Of a stretch of DNA of 64,000 nt, positions 38,801 through 48,448 are shown one piece after another. The DNA is from Botryllus schlosseri. Taxonomy: Eukaryota. The stretch is from contig CM119371.1 of NCBI GenBank assembly GCA_051294905.1, positions 34,968,001 to 35,032,000 on the forward strand, given 5' to 3'. Below the pieces are notes generated by a model. That model was not told the DNA's origin and ran no database searches. It saw only the letters and a list, made by a program, of their open reading frames with translations. Position numbers and translations under genes: made by a program. Position 1 is the first letter of the stretch. The number at the start of each line of letters is the position of its first letter.

Positions 38801-41053
38801 CTAGCGAAGACGTCAGCACTCCGAACAGTGAGTGATGTCTTTCCCGGGGATATTTTAGGATATTTATTCAATATGTACCTTTTATGTGACTAGGAATAAT
38901 CTATGTTATACATCACATTTAAGATTATTTGGTATTTGTTCTACTGCACCTATCTCGTCGCGCTTTGTGTCTCTGTGGTTTGATCATGGCTCGGGCGATT
39001 TTTTTTTGACATGTCAAAAAACGTCAAATTTTGTCAAAATTGTAGCGTTAGGTCAAAAAATGTCAAAATTGTTTACAAAGTCAAAAAATTTTAGCAAACT
39101 TTGTTTCGTATGTATCGTAGATTTTGCACTGTCGGTGAACTTATCATTCGGCATTTTACAGCTTCTAGACGACCCATAGTGAATCATAAACATTCAAATG
39201 AAACAAATAGGTTGACATGGTGTTATGGTCAACGTACCGCAATATCCTAACTGAAGCAAGTCTGCGTGGGCATTGATTTTTATATCAAGAAGCGCATGAT
39301 GTAAAATTGTGAAGTAGACACCATTGTCAGAATGAAGCGACACGGTTTGTCACCAGCAGTGCACGCACAACTTCAGTGTCGTCAGCCAAGAACTGCTGCT
39401 GTCGAACGTTCTTTCTCCATTCTTGGCAAGCTACTTAGTAAGGACAGGCACTTTCTACCCGAGATTGTGGGGAAGTATCAGTCGTTGTACTACAAGAAAT
39501 TTTGATTATTTCGACCGTAATACGTGATGTAACTCCTCGAATTCTTCATAGGGCCAGATTTCGTTGAAATGAAGTTTTTTCAGGTAAAAATTTGTCAGTT
39601 TGAGTCGAATAAAATTTTTCAAGCCTAACTACTTCGTAGGGACGGACAGTTCCAACCAGAAATGAATGTAATTGGTACAATGCTAAGATTATGTGTGAAA
39701 ACACCTCAGTTGGATACGTTGCGTTAAAATTGTGATTTTTGAGGTGAAAAAATGTCAAAATTTTTTAGATCAAAATCTTCCGTTTTTTTTAGATAAAATC
39801 GCCCTAATCATTACTTTACAGATCATTTCTACAAACGTGTAAAAATTTGTACTGCATATTTTGTATAGCGTGAATCGGGAGTTTCCGCGGTGAAGAATAG
39901 CATTGAAACTGTAATTCTCGTTGATAATTCTTGGTTATAAATTCAACTCTTGGTGGCGAAAAAAGTACTCGAATCGTTGTAACCAGACTAGTTATCAGAC
40001 GCGGCACGCCGTGTGGCGTGATTTTCAAAGAATTTGCGCTATCTGTGACTCTGTCTTTTTAGAGCAACCCAAAAAGGCTCCCGCCGCGAAGACGCCTGCT
40101 AAAACTGCCAAGGTTTGTCAATTTCTGTCTTCCGGGTTCTTGTGAAATCGGAAAATTATCGATTTTTTGCCGCGAATGATGTTATCACGATGGTCTTCGT
40201 AATACGATTTGACGATATCTTTTATTTTATGGCTGACGCGACAAAAATTTCTGATTACGACTGGTTTTTTATCGAACTGGGGTGGGGCGCGTTAAAATTG
40301 TGCCTGTCATTTTTTAGCCCACCCCTAAGAAGGCTAAGAAAACAGACCCCTCGGACAGGCCGGGAGCGTCTCGCAAAATGTCCGACTGTGACAGCGTCGA
40401 GGTGGTGAAGGAATCTCCGGCCGCTAAAAAGACGGCCCCGAAAGCCCGTGTCAAGGTGAGCTTTCGAACAAGTCTCGTTTATATTAGCGTAAGATTTGTG
40501 GACGTGTGATTTTTGGAACTAGGCATTTGGTGTATTTTTTAGATTCTCAAAACTTGAGCCACTGGAATGATGTATTAAATTATTGATGTTGTAATGAACC
40601 CGGAATTTTTCGGCTGACACTCAGGGGTAATCGTCAGCAACTAGTAGAGAATCGGAAAGAACATTGTATATCTGCCATCGTATCATGAAATGTGAGGTCA
40701 CCGGCACGAAATTTCTAATACCCGGCCAAAAAGATCACTCCATCTACTGCTGTCAGCATAAGAAAGCTTGGTAGTAACCAAGTCGCAAGGTTCCAAGTCA
40801 ATCTAATCTCACTTTTTACAGTTTTAAATTGAGTCAAGTCTAGTCATTTTCATAAGGACATGTAACGTTGACTACATCGACAGCTGCTGGCGTAAATATT
40901 TCTTCTCGGATAGCTACTCTCACGGTGGTCGTCGTAATGGTCACTCGCGTTCAAATTCGGTCCGTATTTTCACAGCCCACCCCTAAAAAGGCCACGAAAA
41001 TAGACCCGGACGGCAGCGAGGCGGAAAAGAAGGCACCACAGGCTCTAGTCGAG
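2846..41053 (+). CDS. TOP2: DNA topoisomerase II (type IIA), multi-exon, 5'-incomplete; TOPRIM Glu replaced by Ala
   Basis: Exons with AG/GT boundaries and consistent phases: 2846-3000, 4966-5111, 5183-5280, 6396-6479, 7920-8048, 8249-8353, 9743-9919, 10037-10174, 11479-11584, 11741-11931, 13398-13523, 13717-13793, 15784-15923, 16563-16672, 18886-19093, 21148-21269, 22199-22347, 22701-22787, 23167-23311, 24559-24693, 25008-25108, 26997-27096, 27727-27841, 29022-29194, 31090-31218, 31638-31733, 32762-32929, 33563-33629, 37211-37307, 37621-37732, 38761-38827, 40063-40112, 40318-40455, 40976-41053 (4119 nt, no stops). Motifs: [65 protein letters not shown] (catalytic Tyr), GIGTGW, and a K/acidic C-terminal tail. 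The C-terminal exons are less certain than the core. Confidence 0.97.
3408..3784. mobile_element. hAT MITE family A (TAGGG...CCCTA, near-palindromic)
   Basis: Long inverted arms; flanks CTGTACAA/TTGTACAG. Confidence 0.8.
4195..4782. mobile_element. Palindromic non-autonomous DNA element with 5-bp TSD
   Basis: CCATAGTGTCCTATATGG...CCATATAGGACACTATGG; ~275-bp near-perfect arms, ~30-bp spacer, flanked by TGAAA/TGAAA. Confidence 0.85.
5414..6022. mobile_element. hAT MITE family A
   Basis: TGGGGCTGTTTG...GAACAACCCTA; 8-bp TSD CTGACCAC/CTGACCAT. Confidence 0.75.
6135..6311 (+). ncRNA. SNORD97: Long box C/D RNA, SNORD97/SCARNA97-like (predicted tRNA-Met C34 2'-O-methyl guide), copy A
   Basis: Box C TGATGA 6142-47, box D CTGA 6303-06, terminal stem AGCTCT/AGGGCT. 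Guide AGATTATGAGA (6291-6301) is complementary to tRNA-Met UCUCAUAAUCU, with D+5 on C34. Ends 84 nt upstream of the 3' splice site. Confidence 0.85.
7036..7211 (+). ncRNA. SNORD97: Long box C/D RNA, SNORD97-like, copy B
   Basis: TGCCC-AA-TGATGA (7043-48) ... AGATTATGAGAT-CTGA (7203-06)-GGGCA. The ends closely resemble human SNORD97 as recalled (UUGCCCGAUGA...AGAUUAUGAGAUAUGAGGGCAA). Confidence 0.88.
8630..9340. repeat. AT-rich ~40-bp degenerate minisatellite (second array 21620-22150)
   Basis: Repeated CTAATTTGGAAAAACTGTAG(C/T)TATAATTCTAATT-like units. Both arrays follow the same ~160-bp head (8464-8625; 21443-21600). Confidence 0.8.
10292..11146. mobile_element. pogo/Tc2-type MITE, second copy
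   Basis: TA|CCGTAATTT ... AAATTACGG|TA; colinear with 1910-2713. Confidence 0.8.
11979..12059 (+). ncRNA. SNORD41: Box C/D snoRNA, SNORD41 (U41)-like, copy A
   Basis: Stem TCTGGG/CCCAGA, variant box C ATGATTA, variant box D ATGA. Guide GTATTCATACTG pairs with 28S CAGUAUGAAUAC in the same register as U41 (GUAUUCGUACUGG-CUGA). Confidence 0.8.
12190..12360. repeat. Dispersed GAGTC/GACTC-rich repeat family (also ~510-620, 13820-13930, 15510-15570, 18080-18450, 37350-37540, 40780-40850)
   Basis: Recurrent TTTTGACTCGAGTCAAGTCGAGTC...AAGTCCGAGTCCAAGTC motif. Confidence 0.75.
13562..13641 (+). ncRNA. SNORD41: Box C/D snoRNA, SNORD41-like, copy B
   Basis: Stem CCTGT/ACGGG, box C ATGATTA 13568-74, guide GTATTCATACTG 13620-31, box D CTGA 13633-36. 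Ends 75 nt upstream of the 3' splice site. Confidence 0.85.
13938..14051. mobile_element. Charlie-type hAT mini-MITE
   Basis: CAGGGCTTCTCA...TGAGAACCACTG; TSD TAGTAGAG/TAGTATAG. Confidence 0.7.
14880..15494. mobile_element. hAT MITE family A
   Basis: TAGGGCTGTTCAAAAAA...TTTTTTGAACAGCCCTA, long inverted arms; TSD CTGAGCAG/CTTAGCAG. Confidence 0.85.
16773..17596. mobile_element. Charlie-type hAT MITE inserted in a hATm-derived MITE
   Basis: CAGTGGTTCCCAA...TTGGGAATCACTG; TSD TTCTAGTG/TTCTAGCG. The flanks (16684-16772, 17597-17778) rejoin into the hATm end sequence. Confidence 0.8.
17193..17530. mobile_element. hAT-type MITE nested in the previous element
   Basis: TIR CAGGACCGTAAC/GTTACGGTCCTG; TSD GTGAGGAA/GTGGGGAA. 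Confidence 0.75.
20967..21046 (+). ncRNA. Box C/D snoRNA with 28S guide ATACTGAAAAT, copy A
   Basis: Stem TTCTGG/CCAGAA, box C GATGATTA, internal CTGA, box D ATGA 21037-40. Guide is complementary to 28S AUUUUCAGUAU. Confidence 0.72.
22891..22965 (+). ncRNA. Box C/D snoRNA-like gene, orphan guide
   Basis: 10-bp stem TGCATTCCGG/CCGGAGTGCA, box C GATGATTA, box D ATGA 22952-55. Shares its 5' end with the 28865 copy but has a different D guide. Confidence 0.65.
25623..25982. mobile_element. hAT MITE family A
   Basis: CAGGGTTGTTAAAAAATG...CATTTTTGGACACCCCTA; flanks ATATTCAT/ATATTCGG. Confidence 0.7.
28865..28936 (+). ncRNA. Box C/D snoRNA with 28S guide ATACTGAAAA, copy B
   Basis: TCCGG-GATGATTA ... 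GGATGA ... TATACTGAAAAG-ATGA-CCGGG. Same guide and register as the 20967 copy. Ends 85 nt upstream of the 3' splice site. Confidence 0.72.
30021..30236 (+). mobile_element. hAT transposase C-terminal fragment in a repeat; second copy ~39310-39500
   Basis: [24 protein letters not shown] here; the second copy reads [20 protein letters not shown] (the hAT third catalytic Glu motif). Confidence 0.65.
31365..31571 (+). ncRNA. SNORA74: H/ACA snoRNA, SNORA74 (U19)-like, copy A
   Basis: About 205 nt with three hairpin-like segments and ACA at 31566-68. Blocks GTCAGC, GCCTGTCATGCGTTAC, GAGAGTGGA and CTAGTCTG match U19 as recalled. GTCA/GTTAC and GAGAG/AGTC can pair with 28S helix 69 (GUAACUAUGACUCUC). 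Ends 66 nt upstream of the 3' splice site. Confidence 0.72.
31911..32429. mobile_element. hAT MITE family A
   Basis: TAGGGGTGTTC...GGACACCCCTG; perfect 8-bp TSD TTGTACAA. Confidence 0.85.
32597..32669 (+). ncRNA. SNORD35: Box C/D snoRNA, SNORD35 (U35)-like, copy A
   Basis: Stem CCGCA/TGCGG, box C ATGATGT, guide TCTCACGATGGTCT (pairs with 28S AGACCGUCGUGAGA; same guide as U35), C' GTGATGA, box D CTGA 32661-64. Confidence 0.88.
33694..33899 (+). ncRNA. SNORA74: H/ACA snoRNA, SNORA74 (U19)-like, copy B
   Basis: Close paralogue of 31365-31571. Starts ATCCA; ACA at 33894-96. Confidence 0.72.
34035..36763. mobile_element. hATm-type element made of two inverted 5' ends with broken transposase fragments
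   Basis: TAGGGTGGAGTG...CACTCCACCCTA; perfect 8-bp TSD CCCCGCAT. Both arms encode [11 protein letters not shown]...[14 protein letters not shown]...SD.T...LQRPLQ.AICLLH.NELP, pointing inward. Confidence 0.9.
38016..38480. mobile_element. hAT MITE family A, degenerate right end
   Basis: CTGTACAG|TAGGGCTGTTTGAAAAAA; inverted arms homologous to 14880-15494. Confidence 0.65.
40169..40242 (+). ncRNA. SNORD35: Box C/D snoRNA, SNORD35-like, copy B
   Basis: GCCGCG-A-ATGATGT-TATCACGATGGTCT-T-CGTA ... CTGA (40233-36)-CGCGAC. Ends 75 nt upstream of the 3' splice site. Confidence 0.85.
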
Positions 41054-42175
41054 GTCGGTTTTCGAATAACGCTCGTAGATTAGTGGGAATCGCCTATTCT
41101 ACTTATGGTCGAGTAGAAATTTGCGACTTTACTTCTATTTTGCGTAGCAAGGCTGGCTACTTTACCAGATTCGAGCAACTGGAAAATTTCTGGCTTAACC
41201 AAGATAGATTGAAAGTAGAATGATAGCTACCGTTGATTTCCGGATTAGATTGGTAGGGTTATTTTTTTACCTAAAAAAGTGAAGATTTTGATCTCAAAAT
41301 TCAAAATTTTGTCTAAAAAATGTTAATTTTCACCAACTGTCACAATGAGCAGACGATGTGCCGTCTACAACGGTAGGCCTGTAAAGTAGGCCACAAGTTG
41401 TAAAATGTCGAATGAAATGCGCGTTGCAAAAAAATTTCAACTTCGCAAACAATTTTGACAATTTTTTTGACTTATTTTGACGTGTCAAAAAAATCTCCCT
41501 ATCGATTAGATTTGGAAGTACTTCAATTATGTAACAAAAATCAAATTCAGTTTATCGTTGAATTAATTCTAAATCTGATCAAAATTAGTATTACTGGATG
41601 ATAATAGCTCTCGTGAGCATGAGAATGGCAAATGCATGTACTGTACTTGTACTTGTACTTGTTTTGCACTGTTATAAGTTATTTCTACCATAATACCGTA
41701 TTGTAGCCACTGGGATTCATCATTAGGCCTGATTTCGGTAAAATATTGGTTTTTTCATGTAAAAAGTAGCCTGTTTCTAAGCCAAAAACGCTTTTCCAGG
41801 CCAAACTGCTTCGTTAGGACAGCCAGTTCTCACCAGAAATGAAGATTAAGTGGCACAATTGTAACATTATGTGGGAAAACACCTAATTTGCATACGTTAG
41901 GTCAAAATTTGGTCAAAATTCAGTTTGTTAGGTCAAAAAAGTAAAAATTTGGATTTTTAGGTCATAATTTGGATTTTTAGGTGAAAAAAACCGCCCTAGA
42001 TATAACAGTTTTTTTAACTACTTTCCTGTAGAATTTCATGAAAACTAGAAATTATAGTATAGTTGAAATGAGTGCATAGAAGCATCTCGCTCATCGTCAT
42101 TTTTCTCAAATAACGGTGTAGTTGTCAGAGTCTGATTTCGACCGCCTCTGATTCCAACACTGTTTTCTACGCCAG

Positions 42176-42458
42176 GTTCATAAACTCCCAGAAACCGTCC
42201 CGTTGGCGCAGGTAGCGGAAAATGCGAAAATTCCGCGTTAGCGCTCTGGAGAAGTAGTCGCTGGAAGGCCTGAGCAAACTCGAGCGCCCGACTGATTCCA
42301 GGGTTAGGAGTCAAATCGACATTGGGTGTAGTAGACCTGCGAAGCACGCTGCGAGATACGATAAGTTCACCGACAGCGCGACCTCTACGACGCCATCGAA
42401 ACGCGGTGTGCAATCGATTTTTGACTTTGCGCACGATTCTGACAATTTCACGACCTAA
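42176..42458 (+). CDS. Candidate terminal exon region of TOP2 (structure unresolved)
   Basis: GC-rich coding-like island after a polypyrimidine-AG at 42175. The phase-0 reading gives VHKLPETVPLAQVAENAKIPR-stop (TAG 42239-41). A second frame, 42258-42458, gives SLEGLSKLER...RPAKHAARYDKFTDS...SIFDFAHDSDNFTT-stop. Confidence 0.35.
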
Positions 42459-44206
42459 CACTACAATTTGAAAAGAAAAAGTAGACGGGACATCGGTTTT
42501 CCAAGCAACTCCTGTGAAACGTGACATTTTTTGCAAAGTTATCTGAATAAATTACCCGTTTATATGTGTGTTTGCCGCCTTGCAGGGGGCGCTAGCTACA
42601 GATTAGGGGAGAAGGGGGTGCTGAGAGTAGATGTGGACGATATGGTCTATGGCAGGGGCGGGCTACTTATCCAGTCAGCGGGCCGGATATGGGAAATTGA
42701 AGTACTTGGCGGGCCGGATTCCTGAATCGATACATCATTAATCGTGTATTCATCCACCTATTTAGAAGGAATGAATTGCATTTAATGTATGCATAGCGAC
42801 AAAAAACACTAGTCACAGGCTGTGAGTTGCCTACCCTAGAGCTATGGGAAACCTATAAGTTGATAGGTATCCCTGTGCACCAAATTCAGATTTAAGAACA
42901 CCGTATGTGGTCACGTCGTTAGCGTCACCAATTCCCTTCGAACATGTTCATGTTCATTGTCATGCAGCATTGAGTTTTCTAATCAATCAAATAACGAATC
43001 GACTAATTATTCAGTGAAACTTATTGAACGCAAGTGATGAGCACACACTCAAACGCTTGTACAACTAGGGCGATGAAGTTTTGAGCGCATTTTGCACAGA
43101 AACAAAGTACAATGAACGGGAAGAGAAATTGCCTTGCACGATTGTTTAAACCAGTGGATCTTAAGCTGGGAGGCGCAAAGCCGCAGTAAATTCCTCCAGC
43201 TCATGGTTGTTGCTCTGTCTATTGTCCGAATTTCATAATTGAGAAGTTTCTCATCAACAGGCATAACCTTCAATGGCAATAAACTATACTTTACGTTTGC
43301 AAGCATCCTGATTGCTCTCATTAATATTACGTTATATCACGTTAAGGGTGGGTGGGGTGAAATTTTTCACTATCATAAACCCAGCAAACACAGAATATAT
43401 TGCATATATATTGTGTATATGTCTCAACTACTTGAAAATATATCTAGTCATATGTATTGTTTATATAAATCTGTCGACACATTTGCACATATATAGGATA
43501 TCTTCAATGATACCTGTATGACATTGTCATCATATCTTGCTTGACCCTAGATGACCCCTGACCCTAGGTGACCCCTGACCCTAGTTAGGTACCTGGACCT
43601 GCCACATCCTGCAATGCCCTTATCAAGGAAGACTGACTGATAATTTTACAAATCATGCATGGCTTTGTTCGTGTATTAAATCAGCACAGAACTGCGCAAT
43701 CACTTCAGCAAATATTGCTGCCTAAGCATAAGTTCGAAATCGTTGTCGGAATTGTCAGACTCTGTGATGACAGCCTTGTTCCTGTTATCTTCTTTATCGC
43801 CACCCTATAACATAAACGAGTAGATTAGTACAATTGATTATTATCACTGTAGAATAAAAGTTTTTCTGTGTTTGGTTGTGAGTAAAGTGGGATGGTGGTC
43901 TAAGTCACATTCACCAAAAGCGACATGACCTTTACTTTTACACTGAAGATATAATCAACGCAGTTACGCTGTCAAGATGAGACACCAGAACCTGTTCAAT
44001 AATGCCTGTCATTATAGAGATGATTTTCATGCTATTGGCGTCATGAAGTGGCTGCTGCTGGAAACGGATTTCAAAACCTATAGTTTGGGCACTAGGTGAA
44101 GATTGTTCTCCACATTATTATTTTATTGTTAATATGGTAATCGTTGCCTGTGAGAGGCTGATGTGATATTGATCGCTCCTTCCATGCACGACACAGCAAA
44201 TATATG

Positions 44207-44489
44207 CAGTGGTTCCCAAACTGTGGTCTGCGAGACAATTTTTATGACTGCGTAGTACCTTCCAGAAATTCACACGATCCAGAAATTTAAATTCCTTGAG
44301 TATAAAAATCTTTAGACAGGGTATTGTCTAAACTAAAATCGAAGTTGCTTAAAATTACTTTGTAAATCAACACAAAGTAGAGTTATTAAAATTAAATTTT
44401 AATCTCCCCATGCGAGACAAATGCGACCCGCGGAGGGAAATTGTAAAGGTCTGTCTCGTAAATTTTCTTGTAAAGTTGGGGGACCACTG
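44207..44489. mobile_element. Charlie-type hAT MITE
   Basis: CAGTGGTTCCCAAACT...AAGTTGGGGGACCACTG; no clear TSD. Confidence 0.6.
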
Positions 44490-47400
44490 ATATACAATGT
44501 TCTGAAGAGCGGTAACAACAATTCACTTAGAGTTCAATAATATCATCAAAGACACAACTGTCACAGCACACAGGCTTAACTTAACAACAAAATTACCTTG
44601 CAAGATCCAGCAACAGCTAGAGATCTTGCAACCTGATCTTTAGTTCTTTTATCTGGGATCTCGAGGTCAGGATGAGCCGATCTGCATGCTCCTAAAAAGA
44701 GATATAACTAGATGAAGATGTCCACTGTCCAGTCATGGTATATTATACATCAGACAACGAACAAGTTTCATTGATATAAGAGACTCTTGGAGGTAAAGAA
44801 TTCCAATATACTATTGAATAATATATTCATATTGCAATAATATATTCAATTGCAGCTGAATATTTTCTGCTAAAACTCATTAACAACTAGAGTACTAAAG
44901 TAGGTAACTTAGCAAATCACGACATCAGTATTCGTATTACCAAATATGACGTCAAACGATTAAAATGTTGAAAAATCGAGGCTAGGGCTCAACTTGTTTT
45001 TTATGTTGATTACGTTTAATTCCCGTCAATAACCGTTGATAACTTACGTCTAATAGTCTTTTCAAGTGTCACTCTTGTTGTTTTGACCCTTAATACTGGT
45101 TTTTCCTACTATCTTTACAGCTATGCGGGTCATCATATTTCCGACAGTTTCCGGCAATTGTACACCCCGGATTCCCATTAAAGCGGCTACCTGTAAAACA
45201 TTATATTAGTGGTACACAATACAGATGGTACTGCCTTGCATGAATGGTTTGCACCAGAATTAACCATAACATTTATGGGCATTCTAGATAAAACCATCCA
45301 CACCATAAATTTCATGGTCACGCTGATCAAAGGCTTGGTTGACTTTGCGATTTCGCAATAAATCACATTGGCAATTCAATTTTTGATAATAGAACTAATT
45401 TCGAAAAGGACCCCTGCTGTGTCTGAAAATGATTCCTTGGTGTCGGCGGACACCCCTGATTTAGACTGTCAATCGCTTTGTTCGAATGAGAAACAAAAAC
45501 ATACCAGTTCAGACTTTGCCGTTGTTCAAAGGTGTTCCAGCTGTGACAAGGTTTCACAGGGATCTTCAATTATATCTTCCAGTAAAATTGGGGCACTCGA
45601 TTGAGGTCTTTTGGAGTCATTGTCGATATGATGTCTGAGGAAATCCATCATCTGGTTTTTCTGCAACTTTATGTCTTTGATGCACAAGCTAAAAAGGATT
45701 CGATTACAAGAAAGTTGGATTGACCATCATATGTGATAAACTTACCATTACTTTATGACAGGCCACATTGTTGATGGTCAAAATTTTGTAGTTCAACGAT
45801 GATTTTAAATGAAGGAGCATCTGAAAAACAGAGAGACTTTATTCTCAAATTCCAGAACGCATCAAAGTGCTAGGAACTTACTGCAGGACTTAGATCTCTG
45901 GCCGTTACATTCAATGTTGGGATCATGCCATTCTTGAACACTATTTTCGCTTAATGATGGCAAACTTGCATTGCGAGCATCATTGATATCACTCCTGCTT
46001 GCCACACTTTCATTGCTAGAATCATAAGATGACCGCGTTCTTGAAATTGGCATGTCTTGTATCTGAATACTTGGATTATGTTTCTTCCTTGCAGTGCAGG
46101 AAAAACATCATCTACAAATTATAAACGTTTTACATATATGTACCATATTTCACGGAATAAAAGGGTATACCTTGACCATCAGTTGACGCCGAATTATTCA
46201 AAAATTGTTTGTTCAGCTGACGTTTTCGTTTTGGCCGCTGCGCTTCATTTTCAGTTCAGACAATGACAAAGACGTGAGCAAGCCACTATACTCTCCGCAG
46301 CGTTTATTATATCACTAAAAGCTACCTTCAATACATCTAAAACATATGGATAATGTAGATGGCAAAGGTAGGCCCACTTGGAAAACAATATACTAATTCT
46401 GAGTTTATAACTTACTGGATGAGCATTTCATATGTATCTTTTATACAGAGACCGATTGCGATCATCATATTATGGTTGCTTTCTATTCTTAGCCTTACCG
46501 TGCTATTTGCATTCTTACGCAACCACCAGCCATGCAATACTATTATAGATACAAACAATTTCACACAATTCACAATTCATAAGATATAAGCTAGTCTGAA
46601 TCAATGAGATCACTTCTACATCGGTTTTCCAGCTTTTATGTATTACAGCAACAGCAACCGATTGTTCTTGTTCAACAAAAAGCACAACAGCAAATGATTG
46701 CTCGATTTATTGATCGACTAATACCCACCTAATGACCTATATTCATTTACAGCAAATCCTTAAAGTAAGGTTGGAGTAAGTTGATATCCAGGAAATGTGC
46801 TCATGATTAGCCGCACAAGTTCTATAGTTTATTAGTTGGTTTGATATGAATCCAAGAATTATATTCAGATATAGCCGCCCAGTTATGATATGGACACCAT
46901 ATTACCAGAAAGACTAGACTAGTTCTATGAAGTTATATCGTATTACCTCAAGACAAGTCCTTAACTATGATTATATAAGAAGCATAGCCTATTTATAAAT
47001 TACCTTGCACAGAGCAGTTTTCGGTATTCTTCTATGCTTGGATTAGCCTCAATTAACTGCGATTTCCCTGAACGCAACTAAAACCAAAACGACAACGATA
47101 TCTGCACTACAAGCCGCCATTATCAGAGCGCTTCTGTCTTTTGTCTGACGATTTGAAACCTGCGCGCCGAAAACCAGAGTGATTAACAGAGATGCCACTG
47201 GGATATTTCGGAAAAACCCAGATATGGAGGCGAAATAAACGCAGAAAAACCCAGATCCTATATTTCACGCAAAAGACACGAGATAGCTGTGAAAGTGGAG
47301 ACTGATAGTCGTCCAATACACTCATACAGTCATTGAAGCCTTTGATATTGAATTTACAGCCGTTCATAATACACATTTTGCTTCGTTACCACTGCGAATC

Positions 47401-48315
47401 GCACAAAAAACACGATGTTTTCGTCTCGACACATCGAAATGATACAATTGGGGCGCAGCGTGAATAGTTGATGATAGTGTACCGGTAGTCCGGTACTAAT
47501 TATATCATCGCGCTGCAAAAGTTCAATGCAATGCCATCCATTCCCTATTTCTAAGGATGATTTCCATTATTTTCAGCGACCAGAACAGATTGAAAGTAGC
47601 TTTCGATTGATTAATCTTACGACAATCACTTTTATTTGGAATGATCACAGACCAATATATAGTGGAAATAAATAACTGTCAAATCATGAAATTCGGGGTT
47701 AGGGTAAGGGACATAGGGTTAGGGTTCGAATGTGCTGATATGATAACTAATGCCTCTGATTAACTTGCTAGGGGTGTCCAACTAACTAACTCTCTCTCTC
47801 TCTGAGTGTCCCTGTTGGAACTATAAATATACTCAGATAACAATAGGATTATATTAGTCGGATCATCACCTGGTCTGTTCATGTGCTTGTGCATACCATA
47901 CAGTTACATGATATTCATCGATACATGCCGAATTGTTCACCAAGTGCCGAGTTCGCTACTGGCAATCGTCCTATATGAAGATGACTTTCTGCGATTTGGA
48001 AGTTACCATTCAATGAAGCTCATCGCATCAAGCCGAAGACTCTCGTTTTAGTAGTGAAATAGATTCTCAACACTCTGTCGTTACAATAACAGCAAAATCC
48101 ATCGACAATTGTTGTGGAATTGCTTTGCGTTTGTCAATGATGACTCATGCTCGTTGATTGTTTTCCTGTGTTCCTACCGTCGTTAGTATTTCGTGTGTCG
48201 TAGTTCTGTTAAGTTTTGGTCGTGAATAAACGTGGTCGTACTTGTGCTGCATCGGTATAGCCTTCTTCGGTATATGATCAAGAAATAGTTTAAGAGGAAC
48301 ACAACAGAGCGTTTC

Positions 48316-48333
48316 TGGCGACGAGGATGGGAT
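48316..48333 (+). promoter_or_regulatory. Primer-binding site complementary to the tRNA-Ser(GCU) 3' end
   Basis: TGGCGACGAGGATGGGAT is the reverse complement of AUCCCAUCCUCGUCG-CCA. Confidence 0.8.
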
Positions 48334-48448
48334 CCTGTGATATATATGGGATCTGAGCTATTTCAACATTTCCAAGAAGAGGTTGCAGTGCGACTAAGTT
48401 TTATTCGTGAGACGTACATACTTCAAGTGCGTGACTACCACACCCAAC

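Noticed and set aside
42045-42536. 163-aa minus-strand ORF
   Set aside because: Antisense shadow of the GC-rich candidate TOP2 terminal exon; no recognisable domain.
43760-43775. CTCTGTGATGACAGC matching the 5' end of SNORD97-like copy A (similar at ~17158)
   Set aside because: No guide, box D or closing stem downstream.
42540-47100. Short ORFs downstream of TOP2 and within MITE arms throughout the introns
   Set aside because: No recognisable motifs or consistent exon structure; they often come in mirrored pairs from inverted repeats.
47695-47726. TTAGGG-like tracts (also 6575-6596 on the other strand)
   Set aside because: Only two or three imperfect units; not a telomeric array.
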